DNA of 64,000 nt from Eledone cirrhosa (Eukaryota), in the NCBI GenBank assembly GCA_964016885.1, contig OZ024745.1:5022001-5086000 (forward strand). Direction: 5' to 3'. The position numbers and the translations under genes are program-made. This document shows, in pieces, positions 50,701 through 64,000 of the stretch (its first letter is position 1; each line of letters opens with the position of its first letter). The notes below the pieces were generated by a model. The model saw only the letters and a list, made by a program, of their open reading frames with translations, was not told where the DNA came from and searched no databases.

Positions 50701-53700
50701 AGACCGAGTGGGGTGGAACTTATCAAATTAGACCAAGTTGGGTGGAACTTATCAAATTAGACCGAGTCGGGTGCAACTTATCAAATTAGACCTAGTGGGG
50801 TGGAACTTATCAAATTAGACCTAGTGGGGTGGAACTTATCAAATTAGACCAAGTTGGGTGGAACTTATCAAATTAGACCGAGTGGGGTGCAACTTATCAA
50901 ATTAGACCGAGTGGGGTGCAACTTATCAAATTAGACCGAGTGGTGTGGAACTTATCAAATTAGACCGAGTGGAGTGGAACTTATCAAATTAGACCAAGTG
51001 GGGTGGAACTTATCAAATTAGACCAAGTGGGGTGGAACTTATCAAATTAGACCGAGTGTGGTGGAACTTATCAAATTAGAACAAGTGGGGTGGAACTTAT
51101 CAAATTAGACCAAGTGGGGTGGAACTTATCAAATTAGAGTGAGTGGGTTGGAACTTATCAAATTAGACCAAGTGGGGTGGAACTTATCAAATTAGAACAA
51201 GTGGGGTGGAACTTATCAAATTAGACCAAGTGGGGTGGAACTTATCAAATTAGGCCAAGTGGGGTGGAACTTTTCAAATTAGACCAAGTGTGGTGGATCT
51301 TATCAAATTAGACCAAGTGGGGTGGAACTTATCAAATTAGACTGAGTGGGGTGGAACTTATCAAATTAGACTAAGTGGGGTGGAAATTATCAAATTAGAC
51401 CAAGTGAGGTGGAACTTATCAAATTAGACCTAGTGGGGTAGAACTTATCAAATTAGACCGAGTGGGGTGGAACTTATCAAATTAGACCGAGTGGGGTGGA
51501 ACTTATCAAATTAGCCCTAGTGTGGTGGAATTTATCAAATTAGACCAAGTAGGGTGGAATTTATTAATTTTAGGCCGAGAGGGGTGGAACTTATCAAATT
51601 AGACCTAGTGGGGTGGATCTTATCAAATTAGACTTAGTGGGGTGGAACTTATCAAATTAGACCAAGTGGGGTGGAAATTATCAAATTAGACCGAGTCGGG
51701 TGCAACTTATCAAATTAGACCTAGTGGGGTGGAACTTATCAAATTAGACCGAGTGGGGTGCAACTTATCAAATTAGACCGAGTGGGGTGCAACTTATCAA
51801 ATTAGACCGAGTGGTGTGGAACTTATCAAATTAGACCAAGTGGGGTGGAACTTATCAAATTAGACCGAGTGGGGTGGAACTTATCAAATTAGACCGAGTG
51901 GGGTGGAACTTATCAAATTAGACCGAGTGGGGTGGAACTTATCAAATTAGACCGAGTGGGGTGGAACTTATCAACTTAGACCAAGTGGGGTGGAACTTAT
52001 CAAATTAGAGTGAGTGGGTTGGAACTTATCAAATTAGACCAAGTGGGGTGGAACTTATCAAATTAGAACAAGTGGGGTGGAACTTATCAAATTAGACCAA
52101 GTGGGGTGGAACTTATCAAATTAGGCCAAGTGGGTGGAGCTTTTCAAATTAGACCAAGTGTGGTGGATCTTATCAAATTAGACCAAGTGGGGTGGAACTT
52201 ATCAAATTAGACCGAGTGGGGTGGAACTTATCAAATTAGACCAAGTGGGGTGGAACTTATCAAATTAGACCGAGTGGGGTGGAACTTATCAAATTAGACC
52301 GAGTGGGGTGGAACTTATCAAATTAGACCAAGTGGGGTGGAACTTATCAAATTAGAGTGAGTGGGTTGGAACTTATCAAATTAGACCAAGTGGGGTGGAA
52401 CTTATCTAATTAGACCAAGTGGGGTCGAACTTATCAAATTAGACCTTGTGGGGTGGAACTTATCAAATTAGACCAAGTGGGGTGGAACTTATCAAATTAG
52501 ACCAAGTGGGGTGGAACTTATGAAATTAAACCAAGTGGGGTGGAACTTATCAAATTAGACCAAGTGGGGTGGAACTTATCAAGTTAGACCTAGTGGGGTG
52601 GAACTTATCAAATTAGACCAAGTGGGGTGGAACTTATCAAATTAGACCAAGTGGGGTGGAACTTATGAAATTAGACCAAGTGGGGTGGAACTTATCAAAT
52701 TAGACTGAGTGGGGTGGAACTTATCAAATTAGACTAAGTGGGGTGGAAATTATCAAATTAGACCAAGTGGGGTGGAACTTATCAAATTAGACCTAGTGGG
52801 GTAGAACTTATCAAATTAGACCGAGTGGGGTGGAACTTATCAAATTAGCCCTAGTGTGGTGGAATTTATCAAATTAGACCAAGTAGGGTGGAATTTATTA
52901 ATTTTAGGCCGAGTGGGGTGGAACTTATCAAATTAGACCTAGTGGGGTGGATCTTATCAAATTAGACTTAGTGGGGTGGAACTTATCAAATTAGACCGAG
53001 TGGGGTGGAACTTATCAAATTAGACCAAGTTGGGTGGAACTTATCAAATTAGACCGAGTCGGGTGCAACTTATCAAATTAGACCTAGTGGGGTGGAACTT
53101 ATCAAATTAGACCTAGTGGGGTGGAACTTATCAAATTAGACCAAGTTGGGTGGAACTTATCAAATTAGACCGAGTGGGGTGCAACTTATCAAATTAGACC
53201 GAGTGGGGTGCAACTTATCAAATTAGACCGAGTGGTGTGGAACTTATCAAATTAGACCGAGTGGAGTGGAACTTATCAAATTAGACCAAGTGGGGTGGAA
53301 CTTATCAAATTAGACCAAGTGGGGTGGAACTTATCAAATTAGACCGAGTGTGGTGGAACTTATCAAATTAGAACAAGTGGGGTGGAACTTATCAAATTAG
53401 ACCAAGTGGGGTGGAACTTATCAAATTAGAGTGAGTGGGTTGGAACTTATCAAATTAGACCAAGTGGGGTGGAACTTATCAAATTAGAACAAGTGGGGTG
53501 GAACTTATCAAATTAGACCAAGTGGGGTGGAACTTATCAAATTAGGCCAAGTGGGGTGGAACTTTTCAAATTAGACCAAGTGTGGTGAATCTTATCAAAT
53601 TAGACCAAGTGGGGTGGAACTTATCAAATTAGACCGAGTGGGGTGGAACTTATCAAATTGGACCAAGTGGGGTGGAACTTATCAAATTAGACCGAGTGGG

Positions 53701-56700
53701 GTGGAACTTATCAAATTAGACCGAGTGGGGTGGAACTTATCAAATTAGACCAAGTGGGGTGGAACTTATCAAATTAGAGTGAGTGGGTTGGAACTTATCA
53801 AATTAGACCAAGTGGGGTGGAACTTATCTAATTAGACCAAGTGGGGTCGAACTTATCAAATTAGACCTTGTGGGGTGGAACTTATCAAATTAGACCAAGT
53901 GGGGTGGAACTTATCAAATTAGACCAAGTGGGGTGGAACTTATCAAATTAAACCAAGTGGGGTGGAACTTATCAAATTAGTCCAAGTTGGGTGGAACTTA
54001 TGAAATTAGGCCAAGTTGGGTAGAACTTATCAAATTAGACCGAGTGGTGTGGAACTTATCAAATTAGACCAAGTGGGGTGGAACTTATCAAATTAGACCG
54101 AGTGGGGTGGAACTTATCAAATTAGACCGAGTGAGGTGGAACTTATCAAATTAGTCCAAGTGGGGTGGAACTTATCAAATTAGAGTGAGTGGGTTGGAAC
54201 TTAGCAAATTAGACCAAGTGGGGTGGAACTTATCAAATTAGAACAAGTGGGGTGGAACTTATCAAATTAGACCAAGTGGGGTGGAACTTATCAAATTAGG
54301 CCAAGTGGGGTGGAGCTTTTCAAATTAGACCAAGTGTGGTGGATCTTATCAAATTAGACCAAGTGGGGTGGAACTTATTACATTAGACCGAGTGGGGTGG
54401 AACTTATCAAATTAGACCAAGTGGGGTGGAACTTATCAAATTAGACCGAGTGGGGTGGAACTTATCAAATTAGACCGAGTGGGGTGGAACTTATCAAATT
54501 AGACCAAGTGGGGTGGAACTTATCAAATTAGAGTGAGTGGGTTGGAACTTATCAAATTAGACCAAGTGGGGTGGAACTTATCTAATTAGACCAAGTGGGG
54601 TCGAACTTATCAAATTAGACCTTGTGGGGTGGAACTTATCAAATTAGACCAAGTGGGGTGGAACTTATCAAATTAAACCAAGTGGGGTGGAACTTATCAA
54701 ATTAGACCAAGTGGGGTGGAACTTATCAAATTAGACCTAGTGGGGTGGAACTTATCAAATTAGACCAAGTGGGGTGGAACTTATCAAATTAGACCTTGTG
54801 AGGTGGAACTTATGAAATTAGACCAAGTGGGGTGGAACTTATCAAATTAGACCAAGTGGGGTGGAACTTATCAAATTAGACCAAGTGGGGTGGAACTTAT
54901 CAAATTAGACTGAGTGGGGTGGAACTTATCAAATTAGACAAAGTGGGGTGGAAATTATCAAATTAGACCAAGTGGGGTGGAAATTATCAAATTAGACCAA
55001 GTGTGGTGGATCTTATCAAATTAGACCGACTGGGGTGGAACTTATCAATTTAGACCAAGTGGGGTGGAACTTATCAAATTAGACCAAGTGGGGTGGAGCT
55101 TATCAAATTAGACCAAGTGTGGTGGATCTTATCAAATTAGACCAAGTGTGGTTGAACTTATCAAATTAGACCAAGTTGGGTGGAACTTATCAAATTAGAC
55201 CTAGTGAGGTGGAACTTATCAAATTAGACCAAATGGGGTGGAACTTATCAAATTAGACTGAGTGTGGTGGAACTTATTAAATTAGACCAAGTGGGGTGGA
55301 ACTTATCAAATTAGACCGAGTGGTGTGGAACTTATCAAATTAGACCAAGTGGGGTGGAACTTATCAAATTAGACCTAGTGGGGTGGAACTTATCAAATTA
55401 GACCAAGTGGGGTGGAACTTATCAAATTAGACTGAGTGGGGTGGAACTTATCAAATTAGACCAAGTGGGGTGGAAATTATCAAATTAGACCAAGTGGGGT
55501 GGAACTTATTAAATTAGACCAAGTATGGTCGAACTTATCAAATTAGAGTATCTGTGGTGGAACTTATCAAATTAGACCAAGTGGGGTGGAACTTATCAAA
55601 TTAGAACAAGTGGGGTGGAACTTATCAAATTAGACCAAGTGGGGTGGAACTTATCAAATTAGGCCAAGTGGGTGGAGCTTTTCAAATTAGACCAAGTGTG
55701 GTGGATCTTATCAAATTAGACCAAGTGGGGTGGAACTTATCAAATTAGACCGAGTGGGGTGGAACTTATCAAATTAGACCAAGTGGGGTGGAACTTATCA
55801 AATTAGACCGAGTGGGTTGGAACTTATCAAATTAGACCGAGTGGGGTGGAACTTATCAAATTAGACCAAGTGGGGTGGAACTTATCAAATTAGAGTGAGT
55901 GGGTTGGAACTTATCAAATTAGACCAAGTGGGGTGGAACTTATCTAATTAGACCAAGTGGGGTCGAACTTATCAAATTAGACCTAGTGGGGTGGAACTTA
56001 TCAAATTAGACCAAGTGGGGTGCAACTTATCAAATTAGACCAAGTGGGGTGGAACTTATGAAATTAGACCAAGTGGGGTGGAACTTATCAAATTAGTCTG
56101 AGTGGGGTGGAACTTATCAAATTAGACTAAGTGGGGTGGAAATTATCAAATTAGACCAAGTGAGGTGGAACTTATCAAATTAGACCTAGTGGGGTAGAAC
56201 TTATCAAATTAGACCGAGTGGGGTGGAACTTATCAAATTAGACCGAGTGGGGTGGAACTTATCAAATTAGCCCTAGTGTGGTGGAATTTATCAAATTAGA
56301 CCAAGTAGGGTGGAATTTATTAATTTTAGGCCGAGTGGGGTGGAACTTATCAAATTAGACCTAGTGGGGTGGATCTTATCAAATTAGACTTAGTGGGGTG
56401 GAACTTATCAAATTAGACCAAGTGGGGTGGAAATTATCAAATTAGACCGAGTCGGGTGCAACTTATCAAATTAGACCTAGTGGGGTGGAACTTATCAAAT
56501 TAGACCGAGTGGGGTGCAACTTATCAAATTAGACCGAGTGGGGTGCAACTTATCAAATTAGACCGAGTGGTGTGGAACTTATCAAATTAGACCAAGTGGG
56601 GTGGAACTTATCAAATTAGACCGAGTGGGGTGGAACTTATCAAATTAGACCGAGTGGGGTGGAACTTATCAAATTAGACCGAGTGGGGTGGAACTTATCA

Positions 56701-59700
56701 AATTAGACCGAGTGGGGTGGAACTTATCAACTTAGACCAAGTGGGGTGGAACTTATCAAATTAGAGTGAGTGGGTTGGAACTTATCAAATTAGACCAAGT
56801 GGGGTGGAACTTATCAAATTAGAACAAGTGGGGTGGAACTTATCAAATTAGACCAAGTGGGGTGGAACTTATCAAATTAGGCCAAGTGGGTGGAGCTTTT
56901 CAAATTAGACCAAGTGTGGTGGATCTTATCAAATTAGACCAAGTGGGGTGGAACTTATCAAATTAGACCGAGTGGGGTGGAACTTATCAAATTAGACCAA
57001 GTGGGGTGGAACTTATCAAATTAGACCGAGTGGGGTGGAACTTATCAAATTAGACCGAGTGGGGTGGAACTTATCAAATTAGACCAAGTGGGGTGGAACT
57101 TATCAAATTAGAGTGAGTGGGTTGGAACTTATCAAATTAGACCAAGTGGGGTGGAACTTATCTAATTAGACCAAGTGGGGTCGAACTTATCAAATTAGAC
57201 CTTGTGGGGTGGAACTTATCAAATTAGACCAAGTGGGGTGGAACTTATCAAATTAGACCAAGTGGGGTGGAACTTATCAAATTAAACCAAGTGGGGTGGA
57301 AGTTATCAAATTAGACCAAGTGGGGTGGAACTTATCAAGTTAGACCTAGTGGGGTGGAACTTATCAAATTAGACCAAGTGGGGTGGAACTTATCAAATTA
57401 GACCAAGTGGGGTGGAACTTATGAAATTAGACCAAGTGGGGTGGAACTTATCAAATTAGACTGAGTGGGGTGGAACTTATCAAATTAGACTAAGTGGGGT
57501 GGAAATTATCAAATTAGACCAAGTGGGGTGGAACTTATCAAATTAGACCTAGTGGGGTAGAACTTATCAAATTAGACCGAGTGGGGTGGAACTTATCAAA
57601 TTAGCCCTACTGTGGTGGAATTTAGCAAATTAGACCAAGTAGGGTGGAATTTATTAATTTTAGGCCGAGTGGGGTGGAACTTATCAAATTAGACCTAGTG
57701 GGGTGGATCTTATCAAATTAGACTTAGTGGGGTGAAACTTATCAAATTAGACCGAGTGGGGTGGAACTTATCAAATTAGACCAAGTTGGGTGGAACTTAT
57801 CAAATTAGACCGAGTCGGGTGCAACTTATCAAATTAGACCTAGTGGGGTGGAACTTATCAAATTAGACCTAGTGGGGTGGAACTTATCAAATTAGACCAA
57901 GTTGGGTGGAACTTATCAAATTAGACCGAGTGGGGTGCAACTTATCAAATTAGACCGAGTGGGGTGCAACTTATCAAATTAGACCGAGTGGTGTGGAACT
58001 TATCAAATTAGACCGAGTGGAGTGGAACTTATCAAATTAGACCAAGTGGGGTGGAACTTATCAAATTAGACCAAGTGGGGTGGAACTTATCAAATTAGAC
58101 CGAGTGTGGTGGAACTTATCAAATTAGAACAAGTGGGGTGGAACTTATCAAATTAGACCAAGTGGGGTGGAACTTATCAAATTAGAGTGAGTGGGTTGGA
58201 ACTTATCAAATTAGACCAAGTGGGGTGGAACTTATCAAATTAGAACAAGTGGGGTGGAACTTATCAAATTAGACCAAGTGGGGTGGAACTTATCAAATTA
58301 GGCCAAGTGGGGTGGAACTTTTCAAATTAGACCAAGTGTGGTGGATCTTATCAAATTAGACCAAGTGGGGTGGAACTTATCAAATTAGACCGAGTGGGGT
58401 GGAACTTATCAAATTGGACCAAGTGGGGTGGAACTTATCAAATTAGACCGAGTGGGGTGGAACTTATCAAATTAGACCGAGTGGGGTGGAACTTATCAAA
58501 TTAGACCAAGTGGGGTGGAACTTATCAAATTAGAGTGAGTGGGTTGGAACTTATCAAATTAGACCAAGTGGGGTGGAACTTATCTAATTAGACCAAGTGG
58601 GGTCGAACTTATCAAATTAGACCTTGTGGGGTGGAACTTATCAAATTAGACCAAGTGGGGTGGAACTTATCAAATTAGACCAAGTGGGGTGGAACTTATC
58701 AAATTAAACCAAGTGGGGTGGAACTTATCAAATTAGTCCAAGTTGGGTGGAACTTATGAAATTAGGCCAAGTTGGGTAGAACTTATCAAATTAGACCGAG
58801 TGGTGTGGAACTTATCAAATTAGACCAAGTGGGGTGGAACTTATCAAATTAGACCGAGTGGGGTGGAACTTATCAAATTAGACCGAGTGAGGTGGAACTT
58901 ATCAAATTAGTCCAAGTGGGGTGGAACTTATCAAATTAGAGTGAGTGGGTTGGAACTTAGCAAATTAGACCAAGTGGGGTGGAACTTATCAAATTAGAAC
59001 AAGTGGGGTGGAACTTATCAAATTAGACCAAGTGGGGTGGAACTTATCAAATTAGGCCAAGTGGGGTGGAGCTTTTCAAATTAGACCAAGTGTGGTGGAT
59101 CTTATCAAATTAGACCAAGTGGGGTGGAACTTATTACATTAGACCGAGTGGGGTGGAACTTATCAAATTAGACCAAGTGGGGTGGAACTTATCAAATTAG
59201 ACCGAGTGGGGTGGAACTTATCAAATTAGACCGAGTGGGGTGGAACTTATCAAATTAGACCAAGTGGGGTGGAACTTATCAAATTAGAGTGAGTGGGTTG
59301 GAACTTATCAAATTAGACCAAGTGGGGTGGAACTTATCTAATTAGACCAAGTGGGGTCGAACTTATCAAATTAGACCTTGTGGGGTGGAACTTATCAAAT
59401 TAGACCAAGTGGGGTGGAACTTATCAAATTAAACCAAGTGGGGTGGAACTTATCAAATTAGACCGAGTCGGGTGCAACTTATCAAATTAGACCTAGTGGG
59501 GTGGAACTTATCAAATTAGACCTAGTGGGGTGGAACTTATCAAATTAGACCAAGTTGGGTGGAACTTATCAAATTAGACCGAGTGGGGTGCAACTTATCA
59601 AATTAGACCGAGTGGGGTGCAACTTATCAAATTAGACCGAGTGGTGTGGAACTTATCAAATTAGACCGAGTGGAGTGGAACTTATCAAATTAGACCAAGT

Positions 59701-62700
59701 GGGGTGGAACTTATCAAATTAGACCAAGTGGGGTGGAACTTATCAAATTAGACCGAGTGTGGTGGAACTTATCAAATTAGAACAAGTGGGGTGGAACTTA
59801 TCAAATTAGACCAAGTGGGGTGGAACTTATCAAATTAGAGTGAGTGGGTTGGAACTTATCAAATTAGACCAAGTGGGGTGGAACTTATCAAATTAGAACA
59901 AGTGGGGTGGAACTTATCAAATTAGACCAAGTGGGGTGGAACTTATCAAATTAGGCCAAGTGGGGTGGAACTTTTCAAATTAGACCAAGTGTGGTGGATC
60001 TTATCAAATTAGACCAAGTGGGGTGGAACTTATCAAATTAGACCGAGTGGGGTGGAACTTATCAAATTGGACCAAGTGGGGTGGAACTTATCAAATTAGA
60101 CCGAGTGGGGTGGAACTTATCAAATTAGACCGAGTGGGGTGGAACTTATCAAATTAGACCAAGTGGGGTGGAACTTATCAAATTAGAGTGAGTGGGTTGG
60201 AACTTATCAAATTAGACCAAGTGGGGTGGAACTTATCTAATTAGACCAAGTGGGGTCGAACTTATCAAATTAGACCTTGTGGGGTGGAACTTATCAAATT
60301 AGACCAAGTGGGGTGGAACTTATCAAATTAGACCAAGTGGGGTGGAACTTATCAAATTAAACCAAGTGGGGTGGAACTTATCAAATTAGTCCAAGTTGGG
60401 TGGAACTTATGAAATTAGGCCAAGTTGGGTAGAACTTATCAAATTAGACCGAGTGGTGTGGAACTTATCAAATTAGACCAAGTGGGGTGGAACTTATCAA
60501 ATTAGACCGAGTGGGGTGGAACTTATCAAATTAGACCGAGTGAGGTGGAACTTATCAAATTAGTCCAAGTGGGGTGGAACTTATCAAATTAGAGTGAGTG
60601 GGTTGGAACTTAGCAAATTAGACCAAGTGGGGTGGAACTTATCAAATTAGAACAAGTGGGGTGGAACTTATCAAATTAGACCAAGTGGGGTGGAACTTAT
60701 CAAATTAGGCCAAGTGGGGTGGAGCTTTTCAAATTAGACCAAGTGTGGTGGATCTTATCAAATTAGACCAAGTGGGGTGGAACTTATTACATTAGACCGA
60801 GTGGGGTGGAACTTATCAAATTAGACCAAGTGGGGTGGAACTTATCAAATTAGACCGAGTGGGGTGGAACTTATCAAATTAGACCGAGTGGGGTGGAACT
60901 TATCAAATTAGACCAAGTGGGGTGGAACTTATCAAATTAGAGTGAGTGGGTTGGAACTTATCAAATTAGACCAAGTGGGGTGGAACTTATCTAATTAGAC
61001 CAAGTGGGGTCGAACTTATCAAATTAGACCTTGTGGGGTGGAACTTATCAAATTAGACCAAGTGGGGTGGAACTTATCAAATTAAACCAAGTGGGGTGGA
61101 ACTTATCAAATTAGACCAAGTGGGGTGGAACTTATCAAATTAGACCTAGTGGGGTGGAACTTATCAAATTAGACCAAGTGGGGTGGAACTTATCAAATTA
61201 GACCTTGTGAGGTGGAACTTATGAAATTAGACCAAGTGGGGTGGAACTTATCAAATTAGACCAAGTGGGGTGGAACTTATCAAATTAGACCAAGTGGGGT
61301 GGAACTTATCAAATTAGACTGAGTGGGGTGGAACTTATCAAATTAGACTAAGTGGGGTGGAAATTATCAAATTAGACCAAGTGGGGTGGAAATTATCAAA
61401 TTAGACCAAGTGTGGTGGATCTTATCAAATTAGACCGACTGGGGTGGAACTTATCAATTTAGACCAAGTGGGGTGGAACTTATCAAATTAGACCAAGTGG
61501 GGTGGAGCTTATCAAATTAGACCAAGTGTGGTGGATCTTATCAAATTAGACCAAGTGTGGTTGAACTTATCAAATTAGACCAAGTTGGGTGGAACTTATC
61601 AAATTAGACCTAGTGAGGTGGAACTTATCAAATTAGACCAAATGGGGTGGAACTTATCAAATTAGACTGAGTGTGGTGGAACTTATTAAATTAGACCAAG
61701 TGGGGTGGAACTTATCAAATTAGACCGAGTGGTGTGGAACTTATCAAATTAGACCAAGTGGGGTGGAACTTATCAAATTAGACCTAGTGGGGTGGAACTT
61801 ATCAAATTAGACCAAGTGGGGTGGAACTTATCAAATTAGACTGAGTGGGGTGGAACTTATCAAATTAGACCAAGTGGGGTGGAAATTATCAAATTAGACC
61901 AAGTGGGGTGGAACTTATTAAATTAGACCAAGTATGGTCGAACTTATCAAATTAGAGTATCTGTGGTGGAACTTATCAAATTAGACCAAGTGGGGTGGAA
62001 CTTATCAAATTAGAACAAGTGGGGTGGAACTTATCAAATTAGACCAAGTGGGGTGGAACTTATCAAATTAGGCCAAGTGGGTGGAGCTTTTCAAATTAGA
62101 CCAAGTGTGGTGGATCTTATCAAATTAGACCAAGTGGGGTGGAACTTATCAAATTAGACCGAGTGGGGTGGAACTTATCAAATTAGACCAAGTGGGGTGG
62201 AACTTATCAAATTAGACCGAGTGGGTTGGAACTTATCAAATTAGACCGAGTGGGGTGGAACTTATCAAATTAGACCAAGTGGGGTGGAACTTATCAAATT
62301 AGAGTGAGTGGGTTGGAACTTATCAAATTAGACCAAGTGGGGTGGAACTTATCTAATTAGACCAAGTGGGGTCGAACTTATCAAATTAGACCTAGTGGGG
62401 TGGAACTTATCAAATTAGACCAAGTGGGGTGCAACTTATCAAATTAGACCAAGTGGGGTGGAACTTATGAAATTAGACCAAGTGGGGTGGAACTTATCAA
62501 ATTAGTCTGAGTGGGGTGGAACTTATCAAATTAGACTAAGTGGGGTGGAAATTATCAAATTAGACCAAGTGAGGTGGAACTTATCAAATTAGACCTAGTG
62601 GGGTAGAACTTATCAAATTAGACCGAGTGGGGTGGAACTTATCAAATTAGACCGAGTGGGGTGGAACTTATCAAATTAGCCCTAGTGTGGTGGAATTTAT

Positions 62701-64000
62701 CAAATTAGACCAAGTAGGGTGGAATTTATTAATTTTAGGCCGAGTGGGGTGGAACTTATCAAATTAGACCTAGTGGGGTGGATCTTATCAAATTAGACTT
62801 AGTGGGGTGGAACTTATCAAATTAGACCAAGTGGGGTGGAAATTATCAAATTAGACCGAGTCGGGTGCAACTTATCAAATTAGACCTAGTGGGGTGGAAC
62901 TTATCAAATTAGACCGAGTGGGGTGCAACTTATCAAATTAGACCGAGTGGGGTGCAACTTATCAAATTAGACCGAGTGGTGTGGAACTTATCAAATTAGA
63001 CCAAGTGGGGTGGAACTTATCAAATTAGACCGAGTGGGGTGGAACTTATCAAATTAGACCGAGTGGGGTGGAACTTATCAAATTAGACCGAGTGGGGTGG
63101 AACTTATCAAATTAGACCGAGTGGGGTGGAACTTATCAACTTAGACCAAGTGGGGTGGAACTTATCAAATTAGAGTGAGTGGGTTGGAACTTATCAAATT
63201 AGACCAAGTGGGGTGGAACTTATCAAATTAGAACAAGTGGGGTGGAACTTATCAAATTAGACCAAGTGGGGTGGAACTTATCAAATTAGGCCAAGTGGGT
63301 GGAGCTTTTCAAATTAGACCAAGTGTGGTGGATCTTATCAAATTAGACCAAGTGGGGTGGAACTTATCAAATTAGACCGAGTGGGGTGGAACTTATCAAA
63401 TTAGACCAAGTGGGGTGGAACTTATCAAATTAGACCGAGTGGGGTGGAACTTATCAAATTAGACCGAGTGGGGTGGAACTTATCAAATTAGACCAAGTGG
63501 GGTGGAACTTATCAAATTAGAGTGAGTGGGTTGGAACTTATCAAATTAGACCAAGTGGGGTGGAACTTATCTAATTAGACCAAGTGGGGTCGAACTTATC
63601 AAATTAGACCTTGTGGGGTGGAACTTATCAAATTAGACCAAGTGGGGTGGAACTTATCAAATTAGACCAAGTGGGGTGGAACTTATCAAATTAAACCAAG
63701 TGGGGTGGAACTTATCAAATTAGACCAAGTGGGGTGGAACTTATCAAGTTAGACCTAGTGGGGTGGAACTTATCAAATTAGACCAAGTGGGGTGGAACTT
63801 ATCAAATTAGACCAAGTGGGGTGGAACTTATGAAATTAGACCAAGTGGGGTGGAACTTATCAAATTAGACTGAGTGGGGTGGAACTTATCAAATTAGACT
63901 AAGTGGGGTGGAAATTATCAAATTAGACCAAGTGGGGTGGAACTTATCAAATTAGACCTAGTGGGGTAGAACTTATCAAATTAGACCGAGTGGGGTGGAA
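23790..64000. repeat. 29-bp tandem satellite array, ~1390 copies, consensus CC(A/G/T)AGTGGGGTGGAACTTATCAAATTAGA; truncated by window end
   Basis: Monomers at 23791, 23820, etc., uninterrupted in one orientation to the window end, with recurrent 28-bp and 30-bp variants. Confidence 0.99.

Noticed and set aside
23790-64000. CRISPR array (29-bp repeat length is CRISPR-like)
   Set aside because: Units are directly head-to-tail with no unique spacers, there are no cas genes, and the context is eukaryotic.
23790-64000. Telomeric repeat
   Set aside because: No (TTAGGG)n runs. TTAG and GGGG occur only as separated parts of the 29-mer.

Overview
Eukaryotic, AT-rich genomic DNA, probably from an octopod cephalopod. 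That assignment rests on my recall of octopus SINE sequences, not on a database search. About 91% of the window is two unrelated tandem satellite arrays that run off the window ends: a 44-bp satellite (1-~17894, ~406 copies) and a 29-bp satellite (~23790-64000, ~1390 copies). Both show higher-order, kb-scale duplications. Between them is a ~5.9-kb mixed island. It holds one convincing spliceosomal coding exon (21370-21488, + strand, charged coiled-coil peptide), so both arrays may be intronic. It also holds a cluster of four alternately oriented tRNA-like units with Pol III-type boxes and T-run terminators, a 163-bp T-shaped palindrome between (TA)n tracts, a degenerate tRNA-derived SINE, 86-, 51- and 55-bp minisatellites, and several microsatellites. 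There are no prokaryotic genes, no CRISPR array and no complete gene. Of the supplied ORFs, only the one containing the exon (21330-21515) is not a repeat translation.
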